Positions 34,697 through 45,448 are shown, counted from the stretch's first letter. The stretch is 47,228 bases of DNA from an uncultured Bacilli bacterium (GCA_934132925.1 CAKPAL010000002.1:1-47228); one strand, 5' to 3'. Notes: generated from the letters alone by a model not told the origin. Translations and numbers: made by a program.

Positions 34697-34717
34697 TAGC
34701 CTTACTATGTAAGTCTA
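34697..34717 (-). repeat. Inverted-orientation copy of the B-type hairpin (TAGACTTACATAGTAAGGCTA on the minus strand)
   Basis: Core identical to 11936-11954. The outer stem differs. Confidence 0.8.
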
Positions 34718-34751
34718 TTAGGGTAAATTAAAGTCTATGGTCTCTAATTTA

Positions 34752-35810
34752 TTAATTTGCTTTTCTTTTTACTTTTATTTTAGATTTCATATTACTAAAT
34801 ATATTACTTATTTCTTCATAGGCTTCTTTATTTTCTTGATAGAAATCCTCTAGTAAATATTGATTTTCTGTATACTTTTGATTTGTATTGTGGATATATT
34901 TTTGACTTTCACTAAACGGTATAGTTGGATATTGATATTGTGGTAGTATTTTTTTGTTTGCGGATGTCTGCACTATTTTGGTATCTCTTAATCCATTTGA
35001 ATCTACTAGTGAATTTTCTTCATATTTACTTGGTAGATATAATCTTTCGTTGGTTGGGTCTATATAGTAGGTATTTCCTTTATAATTGGCTATTGTTATT
35101 TTATGATTACTTGCATTTCTTTTTATCTTATTAAATATATAGTATTTATTTATTTCTTCTTCGTGTTCATATAATTCATCTACTAAACTCAAATTCTGGT
35201 CAATTGCTTTTCTTATTATATCTTTTAGAAATTCCGTTGTTTTATCTATATCTGCCATTTCATAACTTCTAATATTTACTGATATGGCTTCACTTTGTAT
35301 TCCGTAAGCATTATATATATCTTTTAACATTACCGCTATATGTCTACATACTGCTTGTCCACATATTATGTTAGATGGCCATATTCCTTTTATATCTTTT
35401 ACTTTGTCTGCTCCAAATTCGAACTTTTTATCTTTAGATAGATATCCTTCATATAAAGCTTTATTATATAAGGTATATATTTCTACGGGATTTTCTAACT
35501 CTAGTGTTTTATTTAATTTTATATACTCTTTTAATACTTCGTTATATATTGTTTGTATTTCTTTTACATCCTTCGTATATTGTTCTGGTTTAGCAAATAT
35601 ATTAAAACCATTGAAGGCAATATTTAACCATATAGTTGCAGAAATTATGGAACTTAGCTGCATTTGTGCACAACTATCTAAAGGTAATACTATCCCTAAT
35701 ATATTAAAAAATGGCATTATTATTGGTGTTATTCCCGCTATTAATTCTATTTTTCTATTTGTATTATAATCTATCTTATTATATACTTCTTCAATTGCTT
35801 TCTTACTCAT
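34752..35810 (-). CDS. Membrane-associated transglutaminase-like cysteine protease family protein
   Basis: Cys-His-Asp pattern GQAVCRHIA...NHKITIA...YYIDPTN. N-terminal TM helices. ATG at 35810 behind GAGGGGG; the track start is 35876. Confidence 0.75.
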   Translation of the reverse strand: MSKKAIEEVYNKIDYNTNRKIELIAGITPIIMPFFNILGIVLPLDSCAQMQLSSIISATIWLNIAFNGFNIFAKPEQYTKDVKEIQTIYNEVLKEYIKLNKTLELENPVEIYTLYNKALYEGYLSKDKKFEFGADKVKDIKGIWPSNIICGQAVCRHIAVMLKDIYNAYGIQSEAISVNIRSYEMADIDKTTEFLKDIIRKAIDQNLSLVDELYEHEEEINKYYIFNKIKRNASNHKITIANYKGNTYYIDPTNERLYLPSKYEENSLVDSNGLRDTKIVQTSANKKILPQYQYPTIPFSESQKYIHNTNQKYTENQYLLEDFYQENKEAYEEISNIFSNMKSKIKVKRKAN

Positions 35811-35892
35811 TGTTTTTCCCCCTCTTTGTTTGAATGCCATTATTTTATCACTTTGTTTCTTTATTGTCAATACCACCTACTACTTTAGAGAC

Positions 35893-35968
35893 TTTGGGCT
35901 CTAAAGTTTATAGAAAGACTACAGGCTTTCTATAACGGCAAGCAATGAAATGTGAGACGAACAAAAAA
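35893..35968 (+). repeat. Composite hairpin element A3 (2 hairpins + tail CAATGAAATGTGAGACGAA)
   Basis: Hairpins at 35893-35914 and 35918-35943. Stems differ from A1 and A2 by compensatory changes. Confidence 0.8.
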
Positions 35969-35989
35969 ATAGTCTAGATTCTTTCTAAA

Positions 35990-38809
35990 CTATTTATTTT
36001 TTAGTACTTCTTTTAGATACTGGCCAGTATATGATGTTGGAATTTCTGCTAATTCCTCTGGAGTCCCAGTTGCTACGATTGTTCCACCACCAGTTCCTCC
36101 TTCAGGGCCTAAATCTATTATATAATCTGCTACTTTAATAACATCTAGATTATGTTCAATAATAATAACAGTATCTCCATTATCGACGATTCTTTCTAGA
36201 ATAGCTAATAGTTTCTTGATATCGGCTTGATGTAATCCTGTTGTTGGTTCATCAAGGATAAAGACTGTCTTGCCAGTTGGTTTCTTTTGTAATTCTTTGG
36301 CTAGTTTTACACGAGCAGCTTCTCCTCCGGATAGTGTAGGAGCAGACTGCCCTAGTTTTACATAACCTAGTCCTACTTCATTTAATACTTTTAGTTTATT
36401 TAATACCTTAGGATGATTTTCAAAGAAGGTCATAGCCTCTTCTACTCGCATATTTAAAACATCATAGATATTTTTGTCTTTATATTTTATTTCTAGGGTT
36501 TCACTATTGTATCTTGTTCCATTACATACTTCACATGGGACATAAACATCTGGTAAGAAGTGCATTTCTATTTTCTTTACACCATCACCCCAGCAGGCCT
36601 CACATCTTCCACCTTTAACATTAAAACTAAATCTTCCTTTGTCATAGCCTCTTATTTTGGCTTCTTTGGTTTCTGCAAAAATATCTCTTATATCATCAAA
36701 GACACCAGTATAAGTTGCAGGATTACTTCGTGGGGTTCTTCCAATTGGTGCCTGCGATATTTGTACAACTTTATCGACATTGTCTAATCCTTTTATTTCT
36801 TTATATTTTCCTGGTTTATCTTTAGAACCATAAATATTTTGGGCTAATGCTTTATATAATATTTCATTTATTAAACTTGACTTTCCTGAACCTGATACTC
36901 CAGTTATTAAAGTCATTGTTCCTAATGGGATTTTTACATTAATATTCTTTAGATTATTTTCTTTGGCTCCTTTTATTTCAAGGTATTTTTTGTTTCCTTT
37001 TCTTCTCTTTGTTGGCACTTCTATTTTTTCGGTTCCTTTTAGATATCTTCCTGTTATGCTATTTTCATTATTCATTACTTCTTCAGGAGTGCCCGCTGCT
37101 ACTACATAGCCTCCGTGTTCTCCGGCTCCTGGGCCAATATCAACTAAATAATCGGCCGCTAGCATAGTATCGGTATCATGTTCTACCACGATTAGGGAAT
37201 TACCTAAATCACGCATTTCTAGTAGTGAATTTATTAATCTTTGATTATCTCTTTGATGCAGTCCAATACTTGGTTCATCTAGGACATATAATACGCCGGT
37301 CAATCTTGAACCTATTTGAGTTGCTAATCTGATTCTTTGACTTTCTCCTCCTGATAATGTCCCTGCTTCTCTTGAAAGTGTTAAGTAAGATAGGCCAACA
37401 TTTTTTAGGAAGGTTAATCTTGAATCTATTTCTTTAATAATTATTTCAGATATTTCTTTTTGTTCTTTAGTTAGTTTTAGATTAGTTATAAAGTCTTTTA
37501 AGTCAGAGATTGATAAGCAAGTTACTTCATAAATATTTTTATTATTTATTAGGACATTTAAAACTGATGGCTTTAATCTTGAGCCATGACAGGTAGGACA
37601 CTCTAATTCGGTCATATATCCTTCTATCCATTCTCTTATCCAAGTACTTTTTGTTTCTATATATCTTCTTTCTAAATTGGTTATTATTCCTTCATAGTAA
37701 CTTGTTGTTTTTCTGGTATTACCATTTTTTGCTTTGTAATTGAAGGTTAGTGTTTCTGGAGAACCGTATAAGATAATGTCTAACTCTTCCTTAGTTAAAT
37801 CTTTTACTGGTTTATTTAAATCGATATGGTAATGATCCGCTAGTGTAGTTAATTCGGTATACATTATGCTAGCTTCTTCATCTAGATTTATTGGTTTTAT
37901 AGCTCCTTCAATAATGGAAAGGTTTTTATTTGGTATTACTAAATCAACATCGATTTTATATTTAACTCCTAATCCTTTACAGTCGGGGCATGACCCATAA
38001 GGGGCATTGAAAGAAAATATTCTTGGTTCTAGTTCTTCTAGTGAATAATCGCAATATGGGCAGGCATAGTCTTCACTCATGGTTATCTCTTCGCCTCCTA
38101 CGACATCAATAACCACTTTACCATGGCTCAATTTACTAGCGGTTTCTAGTGAAGAATATAATCTACTTCTAATGCCATCTTTTATTACTAATCTATCAAT
38201 AATTACAGATATGTTGTGTTTTTTGTTTTTTTCTAGTTCTAAATCTAATGATAGGTCTTTTATTTCACCATCAACTTTTATTCTTATATATCCTTCTTTT
38301 CGTAGTTTCTCAAGTAAGTCTTTTTGGGTTCCTTTTTCGCCTTTTACTACTGGAGCCATTACCATTATCTTAGTATTTTCTTCTAGTTCTAATAGTTTAT
38401 TGGTCATTTCCTCTACTGACTGGGAAGAGATTGGAATATGATGGTTTGGACAGTATGGTACACCAACTCTAGCAAACAATAATCTTAAGTAATCATATAT
38501 TTCGGTTACGGTACCCACTGTACTTCTAGGATTCTTGTTAGTTGTCTTTTGGTCTATTGATATACTAGGTGATAATCCTTCAATAACATCAACATCTGGT
38601 TTTCCTGATGAGCCTAGAAATTGTCTTGCATAAGCAGATAGACTCTCAACATATCTTCTTTGACCTTCAGCATAAATTGTATCAAAGGCTAATGATGATT
38701 TCCCTGAACCAGATACTCCTGTCATTACAACTAGTTTGTTTTTAGGTATTTCTATATTTATATTTTTTAGGTTATTTTCTCTTGCTCCTTTTATTATTAT
38801 TTTATCCAT
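35990..38809 (-). CDS. uvrA: Excinuclease ABC subunit A
   Basis: Full-length UvrA signature: [14 protein letters not shown], zinc modules CPxC, two ABC modules, LSGGE...LDEPT twice. Start at 38809 ([12 protein letters not shown]...); the track start is 38869. TGTGATATAAT extended -10 at 38838-38848. Confidence 0.97.
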   Translation of the reverse strand: MDKIIIKGARENNLKNINIEIPKNKLVVMTGVSGSGKSSLAFDTIYAEGQRRYVESLSAYARQFLGSSGKPDVDVIEGLSPSISIDQKTTNKNPRSTVGTVTEIYDYLRLLFARVGVPYCPNHHIPISSQSVEEMTNKLLELEENTKIMVMAPVVKGEKGTQKDLLEKLRKEGYIRIKVDGEIKDLSLDLELEKNKKHNISVIIDRLVIKDGIRSRLYSSLETASKLSHGKVVIDVVGGEEITMSEDYACPYCDYSLEELEPRIFSFNAPYGSCPDCKGLGVKYKIDVDLVIPNKNLSIIEGAIKPINLDEEASIMYTELTTLADHYHIDLNKPVKDLTKEELDIILYGSPETLTFNYKAKNGNTRKTTSYYEGIITNLERRYIETKSTWIREWIEGYMTELECPTCHGSRLKPSVLNVLINNKNIYEVTCLSISDLKDFITNLKLTKEQKEISEIIIKEIDSRLTFLKNVGLSYLTLSREAGTLSGGESQRIRLATQIGSRLTGVLYVLDEPSIGLHQRDNQRLINSLLEMRDLGNSLIVVEHDTDTMLAADYLVDIGPGAGEHGGYVVAAGTPEEVMNNENSITGRYLKGTEKIEVPTKRRKGNKKYLEIKGAKENNLKNINVKIPLGTMTLITGVSGSGKSSLINEILYKALAQNIYGSKDKPGKYKEIKGLDNVDKVVQISQAPIGRTPRSNPATYTGVFDDIRDIFAETKEAKIRGYDKGRFSFNVKGGRCEACWGDGVKKIEMHFLPDVYVPCEVCNGTRYNSETLEIKYKDKNIYDVLNMRVEEAMTFFENHPKVLNKLKVLNEVGLGYVKLGQSAPTLSGGEAARVKLAKELQKKPTGKTVFILDEPTTGLHQADIKKLLAILERIVDNGDTVIIIEHNLDVIKVADYIIDLGPEGGTGGGTIVATGTPEELAEIPTSYTGQYLKEVLKNK

Positions 38810-38899
38810 ATTTATCACTGCTTCCTTTTTCTTTGTTATTATATCACATTTTTGTTTTTTTATAAACATGAAAAAAATGCTAATTTTAGCACTTTATTG

Positions 38900-39358
38900 T
38901 TAATTTAAATTTAGTTCTCCGGGGGCTACTGTTCTGGCTCCTGATGCTGCCCATGGATTGTTTGTTGTTCTTTCTAATACTTTTGGTTCATTTTTAGGAG
39001 GATTTTCTTCAGATAATCCAAGTGTTGGGGCAGTACTTTTGATGGCTGAGTTACCTTCTGGTACTTCTGATGAAAGTTTAACATTTTCTCTTGGATGATT
39101 TTGTTTATCTAAATTTACTAATTCACGATATTTTTGTGAATAGATACTTGGTGTTTCTACTTGTCTTGACTCTGATTTTAATAGTGGCCCTTCTGTAGGT
39201 GGTAGTTCTTCTTCAATTGGCAATGAAAGTTCTTTTTCTGGCACCACTGTTTCTGTTAAGTAGTCTTCTAGCGAGGTTTTTAATTCTTGCTTTGTTTGAA
39301 CTTGTGCTATTAAATTAATAATCTTTAATTTAGTTTCTGCTGTTAAATTATTATTCAT
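38900..39358 (-). CDS. Hypothetical P/E-rich protein
   Basis: ORF with an AGGAGG RBS. Low-complexity sequence. Confidence 0.6.
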   Translation of the reverse strand: MNNNLTAETKLKIINLIAQVQTKQELKTSLEDYLTETVVPEKELSLPIEEELPPTEGPLLKSESRQVETPSIYSQKYRELVNLDKQNHPRENVKLSSEVPEGNSAIKSTAPTLGLSEENPPKNEPKVLERTTNNPWAASGARTVAPGELNLN

Positions 39359-39421
39359 TTCATTACCTCCTATTTTATTATAGTATATATTATAATGGAC
39401 AAAAAGTAAATATTGCTTTTA

Positions 39422-39982
39422 TTATTTGCTTTCATTTGACATTATATTTGATATTTTTTCTTTGATTCTTTTTATTATATTATATACTGTTCTTTTATTA
39501 TTATCCATTATTTCGGCGATTTCTTTAATTTGATAATTTTGTTCTTTTAATTCAAATACTAACTCTTCTTTCCAGGTTAGATGATTTAATATTTTTTGTC
39601 TTAAGTTGATATAATTTGTTTTATTAATAAGTATTTCTTCTGGATTTTGTATTGATGCCGCTATACCTTCAATTGTTACTTTATCTAATAAAATAGAATT
39701 ACTTTGAATTAACTTATCTTTTTGTGTCGTTCTTCGATAATAGTTATATAGCCTACTATCAAGGCATTTATTTAGATAGACTATGAACGGAGCCTTATCA
39801 ATATAGTTATCAATAGTTTCATATACTATTAGTCTGGCTTCATTTAAGTAATCTTCAATGTTATTTAAATTACTATATTTGATAATTTTTTTATATATAA
39901 GGTTCTTATATTTTTCATATACAGCTTCTTTTAGGCTTTCATCTTCTTTAGCTAAATATATTAGTTCATAGTCATTATCCAT
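39422..39982 (-). CDS. Sigma-70-family RNA polymerase sigma factor (SigH-like by synteny)
   Basis: Region 2-like and region 4 HTH (IKEIAEIMDNNKRTVYNIIKRIKEKI). Its position after mrnC-rlmB matches the Bacillus yazC-yacO-(yacP)-sigH order. Confidence 0.7.
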   Translation of the reverse strand: MDNDYELIYLAKEDESLKEAVYEKYKNLIYKKIIKYSNLNNIEDYLNEARLIVYETIDNYIDKAPFIVYLNKCLDSRLYNYYRRTTQKDKLIQSNSILLDKVTIEGIAASIQNPEEILINKTNYINLRQKILNHLTWKEELVFELKEQNYQIKEIAEIMDNNKRTVYNIIKRIKEKISNIMSNESK

Positions 39983-40690
39983 TTATATCCCCCTTGATTT
40001 AGTTATTTCTGCTAGAAAGATACCACTAGCAACAGAAGCATTAAGACTATTTACAGTTCCTTTCATTGGTATTTTTGCTAAATAATCACAATTTTCACTG
40101 ACTAACCTACTTATGCCTTTACCCTCATTTCCAATTACTAAAACAGTTTTCATTTTGTAATCTATATTTGTATAATCTTCACCTTCCATATCAGTTCCTA
40201 CAACCCAATATCCTTCTTCTTTTAGTTTTTTTATGGTACTTGTTAAGTTGGTTACAGTTATTATTTTTACTTTTTCGATTGTTCCTACTGATGTTTTTAC
40301 TACTACTGATGTTATGCCTACTGATCGATCATTTGGTATGATGATAGCATCAACTCCAAAGGCTTCACATGATCTAATTATGGCCCCAAAGTTATGAGGA
40401 TCTTCAATATGATCTAACATCACTATTAATGGATATTCACTTTTGATAGTTGGTAATACTTCTTCTAGAGTATAGGTCTTTATATCTTCTACTTCAAGAA
40501 TTATTCCTTGATGTAGTCCTTTGCACATCTTATCTAGTTTTTTGATATCAAGTATTATTGGTTCGATATTTCTTTTTGTTATTAAATTTAATATTTCTTT
40601 ATCATTAAATTTGTTACTTAAATATATTTTTTTTATTTTATCTTTTGTTTGTAATTTCTCTTTAGCTACATTTTTTCCGTATATTTGCAT
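39983..40690 (-). CDS. rlmB: TrmH/SpoU-family 23S rRNA 2'-O-methyltransferase
   Basis: SpoU motifs DHIEDPHNFGAIIRS, VIGNEGKGIS, SLNASVASGI. Synteny with mrnC. Confidence 0.8.
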   Translation of the reverse strand: MQIYGKNVAKEKLQTKDKIKKIYLSNKFNDKEILNLITKRNIEPIILDIKKLDKMCKGLHQGIILEVEDIKTYTLEEVLPTIKSEYPLIVMLDHIEDPHNFGAIIRSCEAFGVDAIIIPNDRSVGITSVVVKTSVGTIEKVKIITVTNLTSTIKKLKEEGYWVVGTDMEGEDYTNIDYKMKTVLVIGNEGKGISRLVSENCDYLAKIPMKGTVNSLNASVASGIFLAEITKSRGI

Positions 40691-41061
40691 TATTTCACCT
40701 CTATTGCATTTAATATTTCTTTTAATCTTTTTTTATTATTTAGATATAAGTCTCCTAATAAGGCTTCGAATCCAGTTGATAATTTGTAGGTTATAATATC
40801 AGTGTTTTTAGGATGATTTTCTTTTTTATTATTTCTACCTCTTTTTACGATATCTAATTCTTCTTCTGTTAGAAGGTTATCTTCAATTAGTTTATTTAGT
40901 ATGGCTACTTCTCCTTTAGCTGATACATACTTTATTGACATATCCTGTAATTTATTGGCATTATTTATTCCTTGGTTTAGGAGTTCTTCTCTTATATATA
41001 GAGATAGGACTGCATCTCCTAATAAGGCTAATACTTGAATATTTATTGTTTTGGTATTCAT
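40690..41061 (-). CDS. mrnC: Mini-ribonuclease 3
   Basis: LALLGDAVLSLYIRE...TGFEALLGDLYL (RNase III signature without a dsRBD), about 123 aa. Confidence 0.85.
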   Translation of the reverse strand: MNTKTINIQVLALLGDAVLSLYIREELLNQGINNANKLQDMSIKYVSAKGEVAILNKLIEDNLLTEEELDIVKRGRNNKKENHPKNTDIITYKLSTGFEALLGDLYLNNKKRLKEILNAIEVK

Positions 41062-41157
41062 TTTGGCACTTCCTTTTAAAATATTTATTTTTCTTTATAA
41101 ATTAATGACACATATAGTTTATCATATATGTTTTATTTTGTCTATATTTGTTTGTGG

Positions 41158-41185
41158 AAAAAAAGAAAAACAGCATTGTCTGCTG
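41158..41185 (-). terminator. Rho-independent terminator after the P/N/Q-rich gene
   Basis: On the minus strand, CAGCA-gacaa-TGCTG is followed by TTTTTCTTTTTTT. Confidence 0.6.
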
Positions 41186-41186
41186 C

Positions 41187-41858
41187 TTACTGATTGTTAT
41201 TCATTATTTGTCCAAACATTGATGGTCCAGTTTGAATATTTGGTTGTGGTCCATTTGGCATTGGTGAACCAAAGAATGGATTACTATTTAAATTTGTATT
41301 CATGTTTGGTGATACCATTTGCTGATTTATGTTAGTACTAGGTTGTGGTGCTGTAAAATTATTTGTATTTGGCTGTGTTTCAAAAATGTTTCCTTGGAAC
41401 TCTAATGGTGGAGTATTTTGCAATGTTGGTGCTCCTGGTAATGGTGTACTCTGACTAGCATTAGCCATATTTAATTCTCCTGGATTATGAATTTTGAATT
41501 CTGGAAAACCTGTAGCCATAGTATTTTCAGATGCTGGTAGAGGTGCCGATACTGGTGGCTCTGGCATTTGAGGTGATTCTATTGTTGGCACCACCGCTGG
41601 CTCTTCTACTTTGGTCTCTGGTACGACATTTGGTGCTGGAATGGGATTTACTCCAACTGTTTCAGTACTTGCTGGAATAGTAGTCTCCACTCCTATACTA
41701 GGAATTGCTGGTTCTATTACTGGTGTCATGTCTTCTTGTTTTTTTTGTTCTTCAATTCCATTATATTTGATATTTAGTTCTTTCAATGTTTCACGACTAG
41801 GATTTTCTAATAATGAGTTTGTTATATCCTCTAACTCTTCTTTTGTAAAATAATTCAT
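41187..41858 (-). CDS. Hypothetical low-complexity (P/N/Q/T-rich) protein
   Basis: ORF with an AGGAGGGG RBS. Confidence 0.6.
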   Translation of the reverse strand: MNYFTKEELEDITNSLLENPSRETLKELNIKYNGIEEQKKQEDMTPVIEPAIPSIGVETTIPASTETVGVNPIPAPNVVPETKVEEPAVVPTIESPQMPEPPVSAPLPASENTMATGFPEFKIHNPGELNMANASQSTPLPGAPTLQNTPPLEFQGNIFETQPNTNNFTAPQPSTNINQQMVSPNMNTNLNSNPFFGSPMPNGPQPNIQTGPSMFGQIMNNNQ

Positions 41859-41942
41859 ATTATGCCCCTCCTTATTATAAATAAATTATAATATAAAAAG
41901 GAAAAAAAGTAAATAGAAATATTACTTTTTTATGTGGTATTT

Positions 41943-43142
41943 TTATTCTTCGTTTGTTAGTGTTTTAGTATGTTCTACTACCTGCCAACCAATATCTTTT
42001 TTTACTATAGCATTTATTAGGCAGATTATATAACTTAATAAGAATACGGGGTTATATAATATTAATTTTGTTTTTGATATTTCTAGATTTAATTTATTAT
42101 CCTCTTTTTTTATGATTAAATAGCTTATTAATACTAAATCAATATATATTGTAAATGATATTATCAAAACTACTTTTAAAAGACCAATCAATCCCGACTG
42201 AACGGATGATATTAATAATAAAATTACTCCTACTATAAGATAGATATATGGTTTTACTCCTATTATGGCATTTATCTTTGAACCATAATTTATATCTTTT
42301 AAATCAATACTTTTTCTTATCTTTCTTATATATTTTTTTCTTGCTTCAAAATAACCTTTAACCCATCTTGTTCTTTGAACTATTGATACTTTAAAACTAT
42401 CTGGCTGCTCATCATAAAAGATGGCCTTTTCATTATAAGTTGTTGTTATATTATTTAATGTACTATAAAGAGTTAATTCATAGTCTTCAGTTAAAGTGTT
42501 AAAGGGGAAACCTTCCAATTCTTCTAATAATGATCCTTTTATATAATAACCTGTTCCTGATATAGTTAAATTGTTACTATATTTATTTTTTAAAGTATTA
42601 CCTAATGTATTTATCATAGAAAAGGTAAGAGCTGATGAAGCCGCTACTAAGGTTTTACTATTTTTGGTATTCCGATAACTTATCCCAATATCATAGCCCT
42701 CATTAATACTTTTTTGCATTTCTTTAATGTAGTTTTTGTCTAATATATTATCGGCATCAAAAATAAAATATGCTGAATAATGTTTATTCTCTCTTAGTAT
42801 TTCTTTGATAGCATCATCTAGGGCATAGCCTTTTCTTTTTTTAGTTAAATCTTTTCGATAAATAATATTCATTTTATGCTTATGTACTATATCTACTGTT
42901 TTGTCTTTTGGGGTTTCTACTATTATGTAAACATCTTCTGAGTCTATTTTTTGAGTTTGGTTTTCAATACTTATAAGTAAATCCTCAATTACTTTTGACT
43001 CGTTTCTAGCGGGTATCAATATACAATTTTTCCCTTTTGATGTTGTTTTTTTGGGATAATTATTATTTTTTATAGTTACTAAAAAACTATATATTAACAT
43101 TACTAGTGATATTAGTATTATTATTAAACTTATTTTTTCCAT
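41943..43142 (-). CDS. Family 2 glycosyltransferase with N- and C-terminal TM segments
   Basis: ILIPARNE, FDADN, QRTRW-type motif VQRTRWVKG. Confidence 0.85.
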   Translation of the reverse strand: MEKISLIIILISLVMLIYSFLVTIKNNNYPKKTTSKGKNCILIPARNESKVIEDLLISIENQTQKIDSEDVYIIVETPKDKTVDIVHKHKMNIIYRKDLTKKRKGYALDDAIKEILRENKHYSAYFIFDADNILDKNYIKEMQKSINEGYDIGISYRNTKNSKTLVAASSALTFSMINTLGNTLKNKYSNNLTISGTGYYIKGSLLEELEGFPFNTLTEDYELTLYSTLNNITTTYNEKAIFYDEQPDSFKVSIVQRTRWVKGYFEARKKYIRKIRKSIDLKDINYGSKINAIIGVKPYIYLIVGVILLLISSVQSGLIGLLKVVLIISFTIYIDLVLISYLIIKKEDNKLNLEISKTKLILYNPVFLLSYIICLINAIVKKDIGWQVVEHTKTLTNEE

Positions 43143-43831
43143 TATTTTACCACCATATTTGTATAACTTTTTTTCATTCTTTCATCATTATAAATTCTGT
43201 CTAAAAACTCGCCATATTCTGTTAATGGTTTGTACCCTTCATGTCTTAATCCCATTCTTATACATGCTGAAAATGATATAAACATATCTACTGTTATGAC
43301 TACTAGTAAAATATAATAGATTATATTTCCTAAATTAGATGGCACCTTTTCTATCATTGCGGATACAAAAGGATATATTTTAACCATAAGAATATAACAT
43401 AGTAAGCCCCAAAACAACATATACGGAAGTGTGGTTCTACCATTTATATTTAGAAAATATGTTGAATAATCCCATGATGTTGTACTGGTAAAAGTCTCTT
43501 GAAGGAAACTTATTAAGTACTCAAAAGATCCTCCTATTAAAGAACCAATTAAAAAATAATCTAATTTTTGCCTAGGCTTTCTTGCTAGTATATAAATCAT
43601 AATGCAGGCACCCCAACCATATATTGGCGATAATTCTAAATACAATAAACCTCTTTTTGTTGTATAGTCTAATATTCCATAATTTATATAATTTTTTGTC
43701 ATAAATAATAAATCTTCATATATGCAACCTAGAAAACTAAAAATGATAAATATTATAAACATCTTCTTAAATGATAGACCTTCCGCGAAGGGAGTTTTAT
43801 CTTCTAATAAATATTCTTTTATTTTGTTCAT
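43142..43831 (-). CDS. Polytopic membrane protein, PF06541 (putative ABC-transporter type IV/DUF1113)-like
   Basis: FIIFSFLGCIYEDLLF...SPIYGWGA pattern. Start/stop overlap with the GT2 gene. Confidence 0.65.
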   Translation of the reverse strand: MNKIKEYLLEDKTPFAEGLSFKKMFIIFIIFSFLGCIYEDLLFMTKNYINYGILDYTTKRGLLYLELSPIYGWGACIMIYILARKPRQKLDYFLIGSLIGGSFEYLISFLQETFTSTTSWDYSTYFLNINGRTTLPYMLFWGLLCYILMVKIYPFVSAMIEKVPSNLGNIIYYILLVVITVDMFISFSACIRMGLRHEGYKPLTEYGEFLDRIYNDERMKKSYTNMVVK

Positions 43832-43845
43832 ACTGCCTAACTCCT

Positions 43846-44823
43846 TTATATTAGATTATTTCTTTCATATATGTTAATATCATATTTGGTATAAATATCT
43901 ATTTTTCCTTTTTTTGTTAATTTAATAAAACATAGGTCCTCAATGACAATATCTTTATCTTTTTCTAAATTAAATGTTATTTTTTGACATTCTTTTAATT
44001 TAGGATTGTTTTGTGTCATTTTAGTTATGTTTAAGTTATTTGCTAGATAGATAGTTATATTATTATCGGCAAAATAATCTAGTCTTATATAGTCCTCAAT
44101 GACAAGAGAACCTTTTCCCTTTAACTGATAACTTCTTGGTTTTATTTCTTTTTTAGGAGTTATCTTTTTTATTTCTTTTAATGGAAGATTATTTAATATA
44201 CTTCCTTCATTTAATAGTCCTGGTGTATCTACAATGGTAAAGTCTTCTAGTTCTATTTCTACTTTATCTAAAGTAGTAGAGGGATAAAGACTAGTTGTTA
44301 CCTCAAGTTGTTTATCAGTATAGTTTTTTATTATTTTATTTATTAGTGTAGATTTACCTGAATTAGTCATTCCAACAAAATATACTTTATTATTATTTTT
44401 ATTATAGTTTTTTATTTTACTTAAAAGATTATCTAAATTATAGTTTTTTATAGTACTTATTATTTCTATGTCTAAATAATTATTTGTTACATTTTTTATA
44501 TAATTTATTAGTTTATAATCTTGTACTGATTTGGGAAGTAAATCTTTTTTTGTTAGAACTAGTATAACATTATTAAAGTTATTTATATAGTTTAAGTTTA
44601 TATTTAGTAATGATGTTAAATAAACTACTAGTGCATCTTTTGGAATATTATTTAAGATGCTAGTGTAATCTTGATTAGTTAATGATACTTGTTTATATTC
44701 GCCATAATTTTTTAATTTGAAGCATCTTGTACATAATTCTTTATTTATATCTTCGGTATAACCCTCTTTTTGTGGGTCTTCTACTTGTAGTAGTACTCCG
44801 CAACCGGTACATCTTTTAATCAT
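43846..44823 (-). CDS. yqeH: Ribosome biogenesis GTPase YqeH (circularly permuted)
   Basis: N-terminal CxGC...CxRC zinc finger. Permuted order TKKD (G4), then GMTNSGKST (G1), then DTPG (G3). Confidence 0.88.
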   Translation of the reverse strand: MIKRCTGCGVLLQVEDPQKEGYTEDINKELCTRCFKLKNYGEYKQVSLTNQDYTSILNNIPKDALVVYLTSLLNINLNYINNFNNVILVLTKKDLLPKSVQDYKLINYIKNVTNNYLDIEIISTIKNYNLDNLLSKIKNYNKNNNKVYFVGMTNSGKSTLINKIIKNYTDKQLEVTTSLYPSTTLDKVEIELEDFTIVDTPGLLNEGSILNNLPLKEIKKITPKKEIKPRSYQLKGKGSLVIEDYIRLDYFADNNITIYLANNLNITKMTQNNPKLKECQKITFNLEKDKDIVIEDLCFIKLTKKGKIDIYTKYDINIYERNNLI

Positions 44824-45337
44824 AATATTCTCCTACTCTAAATATTCCTTTTTTGGTCATTTTATTTATTTCTTTCTTCTCTATATATCTATGTATCTTG
44901 GTAAATGGCATATCTATGTCTGACATAGGGTTTACGAGAACTGTTGTTATTCCTACTCTATTTCCTCCGTAGATATCTGTAACTAATTGGTCTCCAATAA
45001 TAGCGACTTCGGATAAGTCTAGTTTATATGTTTTTAGTATTTTCAAAAATTTCGTTTTACTAGGTTTTCTAGCAGATGGGCAGCAGTCGACATTTAAATA
45101 TTTTTTAAATGGTTCTAATCTCTCTCTTGGTGAATTTGAGAATATTACTACAATAAAGCCTTGTTCTTTTAATTTATCAAAATGGTCTTTTAATTTTTTC
45201 GTTGGTTTTTTATCAACATAAGGAACGCATGTATTGTCTAAATCAAATAATAGACACTTTATTCCGTTTTCTTTTAAGTTGCTATAGTTTATGGTATAAA
45301 TACTTTTTTGATAAACATCTGGATAGAAATAATTCAT
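44816..45337 (-). CDS. yqeG: YqeG-family HAD phosphatase
   Basis: LLFDLDNT, SNS, GDQLVTDIYGGNRVG. Sits upstream of yqeH, as in Bacillus. Confidence 0.88.
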   Translation of the reverse strand: MNYFYPDVYQKSIYTINYSNLKENGIKCLLFDLDNTCVPYVDKKPTKKLKDHFDKLKEQGFIVVIFSNSPRERLEPFKKYLNVDCCPSARKPSKTKFLKILKTYKLDLSEVAIIGDQLVTDIYGGNRVGITTVLVNPMSDIDMPFTKIHRYIEKKEINKMTKKGIFRVGEYYD

Positions 45338-45448
45338 AGTAATTCACCTCTCTATAGATATTATACTATATTTTTTTTATTATTGAAAGAGAGTTTGTAA
45401 TCTTACTATTTTTTATTTTGCATAAGTTTTATTAGGAGGATGTATTTT

